From the NCBI RefSeq assembly GCF_006345805.1, contig NC_042997.1:21142001-21206000 (forward strand): a stretch of DNA of 64,000 nucleotides, written 5' to 3'. This stretch comes from Octopus sinensis. Taxonomy: Eukaryota. The position numbers were made by a program, and so were the translations under genes. The notes below the pieces were generated by a model that searched no databases, was not told the DNA's origin, and saw nothing but the letters and a program-made list of their open reading frames with translations. Positions 13,776 through 28,146 of this stretch are shown here, piece by piece; the first letter of the stretch is position 1, and the number at the start of each line of letters is the position of its first letter.

Positions 13776-14105
13776 TTACTAGCAATGCATCCCAGCGTTT
13801 CCCGGGTGTTATGATCGACAGCCATATTGTATCATTTGTTCCTTTCTTATGGGCAGAATCGGCACAGCTGATATATAGTGAACAGGATTACTGGCTTAAT
13901 GGAAATTATTTTTGGCTTGAAAGTGAAGTGGGGGAGGGTAGTATTGTTTCATTGTAAAAAAGGGGGTTAATACGATTTTACCCAGAAATCACGTTTCCAA
14001 ATTTTTATTTCCCCCCTGTTCCCATCGCAATTTCTTAATTTGTAACTTTGTTATGAAGTTTTTTTTAATACTCATAGAAAAATAGAGATTACGACTCTGG
14101 GAAAT

Positions 14106-14147
<42 letters not shown>

Positions 14148-14906
14148 TGAAGTTGTTTTTTTTTAAAGAAACACTCAATGCTCTTTTCCCCAACTATCCC
14201 CATCATCTACCCGCTTCCAAAAAGCTAAAACCTCCCAATGTTTCACTTCGTCTTATATTTCACGCATGTGTAGAATTATATTGAAATATCAGACTACCAC
14301 TAGAAAACCCGACATGTTAGAAACGACAGGTAAACGACATTATTTCTGAAGAAACTTCCCCGCCTTCCAAAAAGCTAAAAGTGAAACACTGCGAGTTTGT
14401 AGCTTTTTGAAAGTGGCGAGATGATGGGTCGATGTTTGGGAAGGAGATTTAAGTGTTTCTTTAAGGAAATAAGGAAGAAGAAAGTTCTTAAAGATTCGTA
14501 CACCCTGATTTCTTCTCCATGAGTTACCAAGAAAAGTATTTGGATAAAAGTAAAAATGAAGATATTGGGGTAGAAAAAAGGGGGGAAATTAAGATATTGA
14601 AAACGTGGTTCTTTGAGGCGAAATCGTAGTCTCCTGTATTGAAAACATAGGAATCGGAAGAAATTTAAGAAAAAAAAAGCGGGGTGGGGGGGGCAAATGT
14701 CCCCTTGGACATACTAGAAACAACAGGTAAAGGACAGGATTTCTAGGAAAACATTCTTGTAAGTGTATATCGAAAATCAGGTTTTTAAATACGCTCATCA
14801 CAAACTCAAATTGCAGACTAGAAAAAGGTTATTTCAATCGGATTTGAGCTGTAATTTTGCGCGTGCACACTACAAGAAATAACATAATTCATGCAGAAGT
14901 TTTACC

Positions 14907-14907
<1 letters not shown>
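13776..14907 (+). mobile_element. Possible non-autonomous Helitron/Helentron-like relic
   Basis: Starts actagc...cccagcgtttcccggg and has a ttcaatcgg..tt motif near the end, as in such elements; boundaries uncertain. Confidence 0.35.
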
Positions 14908-14939
<32 letters not shown>

Positions 14940-15651
14940 TGTGTGTGTGTGTGTGTGTGTCAATGGAAGTTATTTTATGGCATTCTTCCGTCTGAAGCAA
15001 GAAAGTTATCACATCGATCATATGCGATCATACCATTGTTCGTTAATTTCCGTAATTTTTAAAAAATTCTTTATGCTTTGAAGAGAGCAGAAATTGAAAA
15101 CGAGGAAAAGTGAAATGGTGATATTTGCTTTGAAGTGAGAGCAGATAAGGAAAGATGTATGTACGCGTATATAAAATGAATGCGTGTGCGTGAGAGAGAG
15201 AGAGAGAGAGCGACAGACAGAAAGAAAGTGAGTGAAGGTGTGTGATGTCATGTATGTATTGTTTTGCATACACATTATCTTTCATATACACGTACATAAA
15301 TACATATGCAAGCATCTATTTTTGTATGTATGTGTGCGTGTGCATGTGAGAAAGAGAGAATGAGTGACTGCATTTCCTCATATCATATAGAGAAATTGAT
15401 GTCTTTTAATGAATTTTTTTTGGTTGTGGCTTATTTTGATATAATATTTATGTGCACATTTTCATAAATGTTTGTCTAAGTAGAATTCTACGCATGCGTG
15501 AAACATCGGACGAAGGTAAAATATTAGAAGCAAATCGAAATATTACACGAAAATAACCACAAAATTGTGCGACTCGACCTCGTATCCGAGATTATTTTAG
15601 TAGTAAAAATTTGTTGTGCTAAAAAATATAGTTTATTTGGTAGACTTTATA

Positions 15652-16500
15652 TTGGGTCATCCCATAAATAATGCGGTTTCTTTGTACTTCTTTTATTTTT
15701 CAAAATTAAGATAAAGTTTTTTTTTATCTAAATATACTCTCCTTCGTTTTCTTCAATGCTCTTCCATCTATCTGGTAAATTTGCAAGCCCCCCCCCTCTT
15801 ACAAAATTCACTTGTCCGTGACGAAAATTAATCCTCCACTACTGTTCTGACCTCGTCTACAGAATTCATATTTTTTACGTCCAAATGATTTTGAAGACTG
15901 CGTTATAGACGATAATCAGAGGGGGTAATGTCCGGCGAATATTGTGGGTGGGGCATTGTTTCCCATTCAAACTACTTCGGCCTTTGGAATGCCATCTTCG
16001 CTGTGTGTTGCCGAGCATTATCCTGACGGAAGAACACCTTTTTTTCTTGAAACCAAAGATGGTCCTTTTTCTTCTAGCGCTGACTTGAAGGACTAGTTGA
16101 ATGACCAAATCCAAGCTTCTTTGCTAGTTCCTCAATAGTTACGATGGGATTTTGTTGCACCAGGGTTTGCAGGACGTTTCCTCGTCAAGCTCTACAGATC
16201 TTCCAGAACGAGGCTCGTCTTCTAGGCTGGAACCACCGTTGACACTTACGCTTAATATACGATCCTCATATACTGCATTAATATTCCTCGCATTTTCCGT
16301 TGCATTGATGCCTGTATTGAACTCATAAAGCAAAATATGCCGAATAAGCTTCTTTGCCACTTTCATTATAGCTTTGAAAAAATAACTATTAAAATCGAAC
16401 TGCACTCTTCAAAACTTGCACTAAGAATAAGGCAAAGTAAAATTACTAACTGCTTTTATAGCAAGTTTATGCAGGTAGATTATCCTGTCCTCTCCGACCT
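15652..16500 (-). mobile_element. mariner (DD34D) transposon relic
   Basis: N-terminus IRHILLYEFNTGINATENARNINAVY..LEDEPRSGR; C-terminus PHPQYSPDITPSDY..LPDRWK. One TIR (TA)TTGGGTCATCCCATAAATAATGCGG at 15652; internal deletions and stops. Confidence 0.9.
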
Positions 16501-18306
16501 TTAGTTCATGCAATTGAAAATCCACAAGCCTATAACACAAACAGGAATTTTTAGATGGCTGTTGTTACTTAAAAATATATATGCAAACATGAAAGTTGTA
16601 AACTTCATGACTCTTAATGTCTCATTAGACATACAGTCAAATAGTTTCTCGTTGATTTGCCATATATCTGCGACACACATTATATTGCCCAAAGAAAAAC
16701 TGGATACAAAACATTAGTTGATAATACAACCATTATACATAGAATTTCCCCGAAAACTTCATGAGTCATGAAAGCTATATTAACAGTACAATATGAAACC
16801 AAAATGTATACACAGGCTGTATGTATCTTAGTAAGAACTGAACTAATACTAATTTCTTATTACTAAGAGAACTTTTGAGTTAAACCATAATTGTCGTAGT
16901 AGTAGTTGTAGCTGCAGCAGTCTCCAAAGTAAAAGCAGAGAATATGTCATTTCTAGGTTTCTCACCTACTATATAACGACTAAACTAACCGCCTGCAATA
17001 AATACCTCATTCTAAAGATAAAGTGAAGTTCTAGAAACGTCGATAAATTTTAGGAGTTTTACCGTTTCCAACTCAACATACTGGACTAGTAAGAAAGCAA
17101 GAAATTTTCTAAATAAAAGAGACACTTTCGCATTGGGGAATTCCTAATATTGCATGATTAAGCAAAAGTTTGTTTCCTATTTATATACATGGGAAACAGA
17201 TTTTTGCTATAACTGTGACTTACTTCTTATACATAAGCGTGTGTGTTGTGTGATTGTATGTGCATATATGTGTGTGAGTATGTGTGAACGTGACTGCGCT
17301 TATCCCACCAGAAGTGGCGGAAAAGTGAGGCAGTAGGTGATACCAATTTAGTAAACACATACACACACACCGTGTCGTGAGGATTCTTTAAACTGTCGGC
17401 ATTTATTTTCTTCCAAGTTTTCGTCACCAACTATTGAAGTATTGTGATGTATTGAGCGACTGAAAGAGAAGAGAGAACATGTTTATCTGCAATGAAATAC
17501 AACTGATTATGACAATTTTAAGGGAAACACGACAATGACTTATTTGCCAAATTCCTTCTTCAGAATTTTACAAATGGGCAAATATTCTACTCAAGTGAAA
17601 CCCATGGTATTTGTTTGAATATCGATTTCATGTAAATGTGAACGTTTCTCTGTTTTCCGTACTTTTACTGATATAGTTCAAGTGACAGTTATATTTCTAT
17701 TCCACGTTCATAGTACACTCGGAAAATATATATTAAAAAAAACGTCTAAATTAGACGGAAGCCTTTTCTTTATCTATATCTCACTTTAGATTTTGATCTT
17801 GCTTGGCTAACAATAAATCTACTTATCTATACTTTATTTCTTTTTACCACTTCCTTCTTCGTAATCACCCCACACCAAAACAATAATAATTTCCTTTCAC
17901 ACTTATTGTAATTTATGTGCTGTCAGGTACATTTTTATATTAAATTAAAACACCGTCAGCTATATCCTTTTTGGCGTTTATGCTATTTCTGTTAAATGAC
18001 CATAAAATATATTACTGATTTAGTCTGCTATGAAGAAAGTATATGTGACTCATGTTCCTATCGTATTTCCACTTAAGATTCCACCCAAAATAGAAAATAT
18101 CTCTCTACAACTAAATTAGGTTAAATACTACACACAAAATACATAGAAGAAATGTGTCTTATGTTTCCTAAAATAGTATTAGTTTACAAACATTGCTTTA
18201 TTTGTAGAAATTATACAAAGCACACATACATGATGTATGTGTGTATATATATACATACATATATAAACACTTATATGCATATAAATATATATATATATAC
18301 ACACAC

Positions 18307-18357
<51 letters not shown>

Positions 18358-18392
18358 ATATATACATATATACACGTATATATATAAATTCA

Positions 18393-18416
18393 AGAGCGTA
18401 GGCTCGAAACGTAAAG
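18393..18416 (+). repeat. Hammerhead-like 3' half (GAGC-GTAG-GCTC-GAAA-CGT-A) embedded in (TA)n
   Basis: Stem II hairpin, GAAA and palindromic ACGT, identical to the motif at 28150-28169 (minus). The 5' core is missing. Confidence 0.45.
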
Positions 18417-18417
18417 A

Positions 18418-18464
<47 letters not shown>

Positions 18465-20217
18465 GTATGTAGTCACTACTCTTACGTTCGTCAATTGCAA
18501 CATATGTTTCTTTATTTCTCAGCAAGTCATTAAGTTCGACATGAATTGACTAGACATGTAGAAAGGCTGGTAGAGTACCTTCGAATATCAGGTAACAGCA
18601 TAAGAGCTCTGATATAAACCATTCTAACTCGCAAGAAGGTCTTCTACGTGTTTATGTTGAACATGATCTTTAGAATGGTAGGAAATCAAGTACGTCCATT
18701 GACATACATTTTTCACTAAAAATTGATTTAGACTTCGAAAACCTAAAGCGATATCAAAAAACGAGCATGCTGACGACACATGAATGAGACGTGGTGAACA
18801 ACTCTGAAAGGCTTTGCATGGCGAATATTTCTTTAAGGTGGTTGCCCCATATATATATTTGCAAACTAACCTTGGCCTATAACAACAAATCCGTCCTAAA
18901 TATGGCCAAGAAGTAGCAATATTCGAAACACAAGAGCATAAAATAGCCTTAATATTTATTGAAATAGCCCCAACTTCTAAAATACGAATAACAAATGTTA
19001 CCAATGTGCAGTACTTTCACAAAACATACCAGATCGTATTAAGATATCCTCCAATATTTCAGACAAAATGAACTTCGAGATACAATAACTACGCTCGAAA
19101 TTTGTAAATAAAAACCTGAAGCACCCAATTCAGCTGTTTCAAATAAGAATTATATGGTACTCATATGAATCTTCACTGGTCACTAGAAAATCGTTAGTTA
19201 TTTCTAGAGAAATCTTTTTATTGCTATCTACCCGCATCTCGCAGATCCTTATAAATGTTTGAAATGATAGTATTTTGAGTGGACAATTCTGCTTTCTACG
19301 GTTCTTGGTGTTGTCGTTACTCCTTGTGATGATCCTTGTTTTAAGCCTGCTGTAACAGAGAGAGGGGTCTCTCGATTCGTGGCAATGAGAATGGTAGAGT
19401 CTTATTTGTTACCTATGACTTTTGCTTGGTGGTACCTTACAACTGACTAACTCCCGTGATATGTTCTTTTTGACGCTTTTGTCCTTTACGATTTCTTTGT
19501 AGAAATGAAGCAGATACTATTTACTTTAGGTAGAGAGTAGAACTGAAACTGAAATATTAAAAAAAAATGATCTTCTTGTCTAGTCTTAGTAAGTCGTACA
19601 CCTTCCAGAATTCTCAATAAAGGGCCTTAATAGAAATATAATGAAAATGAAAATTACTTCTTTTATTTGCACTTGTAAAACATCAAGATGTATTGCTCTT
19701 TTTACTCTTTTACTCATTTCATCCATTCGACTGCGGTCATGCAGGAGTGCCGAGTCAAATTTTAGCATATCACAGTTGACTCAGCTGCGATGTGCTAAAT
19801 AGCAACCACAACAATAGATGAAGATGTGATGATTTCTTTTATCGATCTCAAAATCCCAAGATTTGGGGAGCAGTTAAAAGGCAGAATAAAGAAATGCTAT
19901 AGCTACAGAGTTTATCCTAAACAGGTAATAACCCACAGTAGTGTTTCCAGACAAATCATCTTTTAAAATTGTCTATAATTTTTAAGTTCTCTGCAAGGGC
20001 TACACAGATAGTTAGTGTCGATGCCCAGAATCGATCCCAAACTACTCAGCATTTATCCTCCATTTACCAGGACAGAATTCAATTTTGAATTTCCACAGAC
20101 CGCATAGCCTTTATCAGTATTTCTCAACCATTTTTTACGTATACAATAATCCCTCAACTATCGCAGGTGTCACCTTCTAAAAAACCCTTCGAAGCAGAAA
20201 CATTACTGTATTGTATA

Positions 20218-20220
<3 letters not shown>

Positions 20221-20284
<64 letters not shown>

Positions 20285-20286
20285 CA

Positions 20287-20360
<74 letters not shown>
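20221..20360. repeat. (ATT)n microsatellite
   Basis: About 46 ATT units, directly visible. Confidence 0.97.
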
Positions 20361-20607
20361 TTGATAAGTTGTATATACTTATTTATTATAAATGCAAAAC
20401 AACACCACGGAGGAATCGACGTAAGCTTAAATAATAAACCGCAAAAGGTGAACCGCGATATGGCGAGAGATTACTGTAAATCGTTTTGATTCCTATTTTA
20501 CTCTACTGGTTTCCAATAGTCATTCAATGTTTCTATAACAAAATATTAAGAATTGTATAAGAAGAATTGTTAAAATATTTTGCGTTGTAGAAGTATGACC
20601 AATTTAC

Positions 20608-20686
20608 TGCACGTAAATTTTAACGACAGAATCTTATATAGGCTTCCAAGTGTCATGTTGACTCCGGCTGAGAACCAATGGTCAAG
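20608..20686 (-). CDS. Candidate coding exon LDHWFSAGVNMTLGSLYKILSLKFTC
   Basis: cattacatttttcag acceptor, GCA|gtaaat donor, 79 nt, phase 0/1, only one open frame; bridges 26545-26610 and 6776-6849 in frame. Confidence 0.45.
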
Positions 20687-21585
20687 CTGAAAAATGTAAT
20701 GCAAGGGTTCTAAACTTCCACTTCGTATGATCTTTGATAAGATTTTCAATTTACACAAAAATGAAAGTAAACTACACCTAGAGCGCTTATTGTCCGTAAT
20801 TATTAGGAATTTTATGACTGGCACACGTTTATCGTGTGAAATGAAAGTTTCACTGTGTCTGAATACTCACTATGCCATACATTATTATGCATGTTTTAAA
20901 ATATTGTTTAATGTCAGCATTTTATTTTAAAATATCAAATCCAGGATTAAGGTTTGTTAAATCATGAATATTGAATGAATGAATTCTCTTCAATTCTCTG
21001 TATGAGGCTGCTTTCAACTCTTTATTGTATAGACAGCACAATACTAAACATAAAGTACGGTAATTATAACGGCGTGATTATAATGAAAGAAAACCCATGC
21101 TTATGCAATTGTCTGCTCTTTGCTTGTTAATTTGTTCCCAACTTCGTTTGTATCAGTTATGTCTTTTGACAGGGCTATTATGCTTTAGCATAAAAGTAGC
21201 TGCTTTCCATTTAAGTTTGTAAGGCAATTTAAATTTCGTATGAGAAGCGGTTACAGAAGGTCCCTGTTGAACAGAGTATTATTAAAGAGTTTTATTGGGA
21301 AAAATATGTGAACGTAAAAATATTGTAATAAATGAATTTTAAAGGCAGAAAAGCAAGTCTCTATAAAATTATATTTTAATGTTCCATAAAGTTTATCCAA
21401 CTCTCTTTGCAACAAACGGGTTACTGTGCTTAATAGGGCGAAAGCAAATTTTCTGACATTTCTTTTTCTGTGTGTATGTGTGTGCGTAAAATACATAAAA
21501 CAAAATTCAGTAGTTTTAATTTCTAAATGTTTCTTAGTGTGTTTATGTATGTGTGCTAGTGTATGTTGTGTGTGTGTGTGTGGTG

Positions 21586-21616
<31 letters not shown>

Positions 21617-21924
21617 TGTGTGTGTGGTAAGCTAATGTAGATTTTCGTTAAATACTTGAGGTGATTACCTGACTAGGTCATTAATAGAGTTACAGGTTCT
21701 GTAATAAGAGATTGTGAGAAATACATGGATTTATACTTTGACCATTTATTAAGCATTGCAAGCCTTGGACAGCGGGTGTCATATATTTATATGTACATAA
21801 TCATACATATATGTGTATACATGTGTGTGTGTTTGTGTGTATGTATGTTGTGTGTGTGTGTGTGTGTGTGTGTATGATTATGTAGGTATACATGTTATAT
21901 ATATGTATATACGTGTACATTTTA

Positions 21925-23460
21925 CACTAGTTCGCCCGTCGTTTCCGACGATCATCCCAGCTGTGGCCGATCAGTCTTCTGCGTGCTCGAGAGGCTATGC
22001 CAAAGGTCGGGCACTAGTGGTATACTGGGACTGAAAGCAAGAAATTTGTTCTAGATTTGCTAAGTCCACGTTTTCTTTATGCCCTCTGCAACCATTTTCT
22101 GTTCGTAGGAAGTAGCACCTTTGATGGAGCAGTTTCGCCGGGCAGGACGGTCTAGTGCTTACATTTCCCAAGAGTCGAGGTCGACCTCAAAGCTCTGCAG
22201 TGAGGCTTTGTGTGTATTTTTGAAGCGCTTCTTCAATCTATCTTACGTGAGTTTGCCTTCCGCCAAGTCGCTGTAAAACAGTCTCTTGGGGAGTCGCGTA
22301 CCAGGCATTTGAACAAGGTGGCCTGCCCACCTAACTCGCGCTCTCCTTAGCAGTGTGTCGATGCTTGACAGATCAACTCGAGGGAGGACCTCCGTGTATG
22401 GGACCTTGTCTTCAAAGATTATTTCCACCAGCTTTCTTTGGCAGATCATGAGGAATCCGTTTATCTTTTTGATGTGACGTTCGTAAACCGTCTAAATCAC
22501 GCAGGCGTACAGTAGTGTAGGCGTCTCCTCTCCCACACTGATTCACATAGCCTTTCGAATGCTGAACTTCCCTTGACAATGAGCATGTCGATATCAATGT
22601 TCACACATCTAGAGAGCGTGCTATCGAGGTATGTGAATTTATCAACAACTTTCAGAGTTTTGCTGTTGACAGATAATCGGGCCCACATACGGCTTCTGCA
22701 AGGCAGGCTGGTGCATAACCTCTGACTTTTGGGTACTGATTGTGAGGCCAAATTTGTTGCAGGCGGTGGAAAAGCAGTTCATGATCTGCTACATCTGGAC
22801 CTCCGTGATGGTGTTGAGTGCGCCGTCGTCTGCGAACAGGAAGTTGCACGCTAAGTCTTCTTCCACCTTGGTCTTGATTTGTGGCTTCCACAAACTGAAG
22901 AGTCTGCTATCAGTCCTGAATCTGATCTTGATGCTGCTTTCGTCGTCGTTGTGGAATGCGTCCGAAAGTATGGCCGAGAACATCATGCTGAACAACACAG
23001 GTGCGAGCACACAGTCCTGCTTGACTGTGTTAGTGACTGGAAATGCGTCAGAAGATTCTCCACTGGCCAGCACTTGAGTGAGCATGCTGTCGTGAAACTG
23101 ACGCACCGTACTGAAGAATTTTTTCCGGGTAGCCGAAATTTCCCATGATCTTCCAACTCACGACTGACGGTTTCAAAGGCCTTGGTTAAGTCTACAACCG
23201 TCGTGTATAGATCCCTGTTCCGTTCCTGTCACTTTTCCTGAAGTTGGCGTGCAGGAAAAATCATGCCCAACGGCCCTCTTCGAAGCCATGCTGTCTCTTG
23301 CAGATATCTGTCTTCTATGTGCTGAGTGAGGTAGTTATGGAGTATCTTGTCTGTGATGGCTGTGATGACAAGGAGAGAAATTCCTCGGTGGTTGTCACAA
23401 GACTGCCTGTTTTTCTCTCTGCTGGAGGCTCAGTCAGAGAACTGCTTTGCCCATTTGGCA
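21925..23460 (-). mobile_element. RTE (BovB-like) LINE, 5'-truncated, degenerate RT and C-terminus
   Basis: VDLTKAFETVSR, VRQFHDSM..VTNTVKQDCVLAPVLFSMMF, FLFADD, FGLTISTQKSEVM, LRRARVRWAGHLVQMP..RLPKRLFY; multiple frameshifts. Confidence 0.95.
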
Positions 23461-24538
23461 CCCGCATTCATGCAACCCTTTCTCGCCGAAGATTAAAAAG
23501 GGACCAAATAATACTTCGCTTATACGTGTCTAGGTCTTATATTTGTTAGTCACAGCTTCTTTCTAACTACAATGATTTCACTCGTAGATTTCGCTTCTGT
23601 ATTTTCCCACTATTTTTTTTAACTATGATTCTCTCTTCGCTGACATTCACACGCCAACCAGCATATGTATTATCTTAATGTCTATTGCATAGTGATATTA
23701 ATAGTATCTATGTCACTTCTTGCTTATACTGATATTAATAGCAGTAATGTTACCGCCATCATTAAAATTATAGCATTTATTTACACGACTAACCATTACG
23801 TTTTAATTAATCGTAGTGCTGTCCATGATTGCAGAGAGTGAGGCGGAAATATAAATGATCATGAAATGGATCTTATTGTAATGGATTTTATTTTAAATCT
23901 TGTTGAATCTTTTATTTATTTTCACAAATATGCGTTATTTTCCCCGACTCCTGGCAATAAAGTGTAACATTTGCAGTGAAATGTATTTAGGCTTTCAATA
24001 TTTGAATTTTACTTAACAGAAACCTGGCTTGCCTAGAGCAATGAAAAAAGTCATGAATTATTCTAAAAGTAACTTAAATTTGAGCTGTAAAAGAAATTTC
24101 ACATTTCCATACAAATATATTCTGACAAAGAATATATATTATTAAAGAGTTTCTGATAATGCATAATCGGAAAGCAGAATGAATAATTTTGAGTGCCAGA
24201 AGGGCCGAAAACACTCCGGAAATATACTATAAAATACATTTTATACTACTTCGTCAATGCGACGCTGTTGCATCATATCAGTATTCAACAGTATGATGAT
24301 AATTATAAATCAAATACTACATTATGAAATCTATATATTCAAAACTACCTCTATCAGGTTCATAAGCTGTTAAACAAATCCTTTTGCTTGTTTTAATCAC
24401 TGGACGGCAGCCATGCTTGGGCACCGCATTGGCTGTTAAGAGGTGGAGACACAAATATAATAAAGGTATCTACCTCTCATATATATGTTTCATATTCGCC
24501 TTATAATGGCAATATGACCATGCTAAGTATAATTATTT

Positions 24539-24850
24539 GTGGAGGCGCAATGGCCCAGTGGTTAGGGAAGCGGACTCGCGGCCGGAAGATCGCGGTTTCG
24601 ATTCCCAGACCGAGTGTTGTGTGTGTGTGTGTGTGTTTATTGAGCGAAAACACCTAAAAGTTCCATGAGGCTCCGGCAAGGAGGGGGGCACCCCTGTTGT
24701 ACTCTTTCGCCACAACTTTCACTCGCTCTCTCTTCCTGTTTCTTGAGTAACGCTGCGATGGAATGGCGTCCCGTCCAGCTGGGGGGAACACATACGCCAC
24801 AGAAACCGGGAAACCGGGCCCATGATCCTGGCTAGGCTTGAAAAGGGTGA
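24539..24850 (+). mobile_element. tRNA-derived SINE
   Basis: A box TGGCCCAGTGG and B box GGTTTCGATTCC, followed by a SINE body. Confidence 0.85.
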
Positions 24851-26544
24851 CGTTTATTGTTTTTTTTTAAGTATAATTATCTACAAATTGTATGACAAAA
24901 ATTATAGTTAACTCTAGAATTAATTCTTTCTAATCACCGTAAAACACAAAAACAAAAGAAAAACAAAGAATACCAAACCAAATCAATGGACAACAGCGGC
25001 CGGGAGAGTCATAGCAACTGTACGAAATACTACTTAGAACAACCGGGAAATTTCCCGCATCAGTGTTTAACGAACATCATCAGCAGCCGGGGAAAACAAT
25101 CAAACGTTGTTAGAGAAAATACAAACCAAAAGTTTATACCTGGACCGCGAATTAGGAACATTCATATCAACATATACGACGGAAATTAAAATATACAAAT
25201 AAAATCTAATAACTAGCTAATACATACAAACACACGCCCACACATAAGTATATATTAGGAATAAACTGCTTATTAATAAATATAACAATAAAAAAAAAAC
25301 GTAACTCGATTCGAAGAATGACGTACAATGAGGCTAAACCATCAGCATACAGTCATTGATATCACCATCATCAGAAACCATTATTTTAGCCTTCTTTCTT
25401 CCAGGGCTTTGGTGTGAAAAGAATCCTACCCTTGACAGGAAATCGCAGAGGCAAATGAAGGCGCAAAACAGACGTGAAGATTATTATCCAATGAGAAAAG
25501 GAAAGACAAAAACACTATTTGGATAATGCTTCCTAAGTAACCCAAGCAAACAATCTAATCAATAAATCCATCTTCTTAAGATTAATGCACGAGCAATAAA
25601 ATGTCAAAATAAGCTTCAAGTTTGAAATTAACCGAATTACTCAAAATATCACTGTAAAGCTGAAGTACAATTAAATTGCCTAATTAATTTTTTAGCTTTC
25701 AAACCTTGTTTAATTATACGCCTAAAAAGATTATTAGTAGCCTCAAATTGTAATTCCTAACCATTAGTTATTTTCTTCAACCTTATTACTTGTGCTCTAA
25801 ACACGTTATAACGTAGCCTACTAAGCGGGCAACTTTCGGCGTAAGGAGTCACTACCACTTGGAATTTAAACTCACAAGCCTTACTGTACAAATTAACAAC
25901 TAATAGATTTGTTACAAATCTTAATTGAATAAATCTTATTAACATTATTATCACACCCGATAGCCTCTAAATCTCAAAAGTAAATTCCAAATAATATAAT
26001 TCGAAAGAAACAAAGACTTGGAATGAAAATATCTTCTATATATCTATAACAGCTACGAAGCTGTCAAGCTAGACCCACTTTCTTTCTTTTTCGTAACTCC
26101 CTAAGAAAGTTTAATTGACAAAACGTTAAGTATAACTCAGCTAACAAAGGATAACGATTACCCCCACGGGAATGTTTCTAACGTGTCCTAAGTACTTTAC
26201 TCGCAAATAAAACGTATGCATTATCTAAAGCTTAACTCTTTAAATTTATTTTTTAATACAAGTAAATTCAGAGTACCATGTATCAGATATAAAACCTTCT
26301 CCATTCTTCATCGAAATATATTCCTATTTGCCGCTATACACCGAATCTATTCATTTAAACATTTCCCTTCTATCATTCTTAAACCTAAATGAGTAGAGTA
26401 CAAGAATCAAATGCATACATCGTCTTAATTAGCTTTACATCCCTAAATTTATCCAAAAATTCAATGCAAGACCTAATGCTCCATAATAAACTTACCCATG
26501 TACAACGGGCTTCCACACAGTTTGAATTTAACAAATTCACTTAC

Positions 26545-26610
26545 AAGGTATTGATCAACCCCGAGCTCTACTAGAAGGCGCTTGCCCAAAGTGTCGTCAA
26601 AGGAGAGAAT
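26545..26610 (-). CDS. Candidate coding exon ILSFDDTLGKRLLVELGVDQYL
   Basis: ggtttcag acceptor, CTT|gtaagt donor, 66 nt, phase 0/0, GC-richer than the flanks, protein-like composition. Confidence 0.55.
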
Positions 26611-28016
26611 CTGAAACCACATTGCCACAAAATTAACTTAGAACGTCAAATAGCACATGTACTTTCTGAATGGGCATTACACAGGGATATCCTTAACAGT
26701 AACGCCACTTTTCAACAACATTGATATTAATAGCGTAATATTCATTACTATGCTCATTTGAAACCTCGATGAAACCGTTTTCTATGGTTTTAATAAACCA
26801 TTACTCAAAATACAAATACAAAAAAATCAACATTCCAATGGGGAATCGTAGTATCAATCATGGTACGCTTTCAGCAATACTTAAGAAATGGTAATTAGTG
26901 CTGATGCCTATTTTGCTTCCAAATATCTGTCCAACATAAACATAGAGGATAACACAGAAAATAAAAAAAACAACTTATGCAACTGTTTAAAAGGAATGAG
27001 AGATTAAGAGAGTGTAATCGTATGTGCTTGATAGAGAGATGATATGACCATTTTCAGCAAAATACATACTTTCTGAAGGCAATGTGTTTAGATTAACTCG
27101 TTATTAAAAAAATTATGTGATTCGATTGCTGAATAGAGTCTAAATTATTTTAAGAGGGAATTATGAAGAGAAAGAGAAATGGAGGAGACAAAAATAAGTG
27201 GCATACCAAGCCAACGAGGAAGCCTCTCTGAAGTCGTTTGAAGTGCTAGGAATAATAGTCAAATTTGCCTCATATTACACTGTACTAACTAGAAAAGGAA
27301 CGACACATTGAATGATAGAGTATGTCTATAACAACAATAGAAAGAATGAGAAATATGGTAGAGACACATAACAAACGAATAAGGAGAATGATAATCTGTC
27401 TTATATTAAATACGCTTAAGAGTATAATAAGCATAATCTACAGAAAAAAAAGAAACATATATATCCTGAGAAACACACATGACCTTGTATATCTGCGGAT
27501 TACAATGTTAAATATAAAAATGCAATCTTTGGGATTAAGAAAAAAATCAGGAACATTTATTTTTTAATATTGATATAAGCTGTAATCATCGTCGTATTAG
27601 ACTGAAATATTGATATGTTGCTTTGTAATCTTGTATTAAACTCAGCTTTTCTATCAAGCTTTTCTGTTGCGTGTATACACACACAAATGTAGACACGCAC
27701 CTGACGCGCACACATACGTGCAGATAAATGTATACATGTATACTTACGTACATACATACACATACACAGCATATATATGTATATGTATATATTGCATTCA
27801 TATGTGCGTAATATATGGACACACATACTCACACTAACTCATGTATATATGTAGAATGAATTTAGGTGTTATACGCATTCATATGTGTGCATATATTCAC
27901 TGATGTACCTATATATGTATGTACAAATATGCTATATATTGATACTGAAAGTGAACACACGGACGATATAGTTATATGCAGATACGTTATATTTTGTGAA
28001 ATAAAACTCAGTTTTG

Positions 28017-28049
<33 letters not shown>

Positions 28050-28146
28050 ATATATATGGAGAGTTTATGAAAAAACAAAAGTCGAAGACAGGTGGTGTAC
28101 AAAACAAACAGATGTATTAGTATAACGCGCAAGAATAGAAAAAGTA

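Noticed and set aside
18765-18822. CUGACGA...GAAA hammerhead candidate
   Set aside because: Stem II does not fold, stem I is only 4 bp, and the cleavage position would be G.
9468-19115. Additional minus-strand exon candidates (9468-9538, ~10800-10866, 12003-12208, ~16640-16705, ~19030-19115)
   Set aside because: Each has an open frame and usable splice sites, but they cannot all be joined in phase and such pseudo-exons are expected in AT-rich DNA. Left unresolved pending RNA-seq.
24539-24610. tRNA gene
   Set aside because: A and B boxes are present, but the cloverleaf is broken and it continues into a SINE body.
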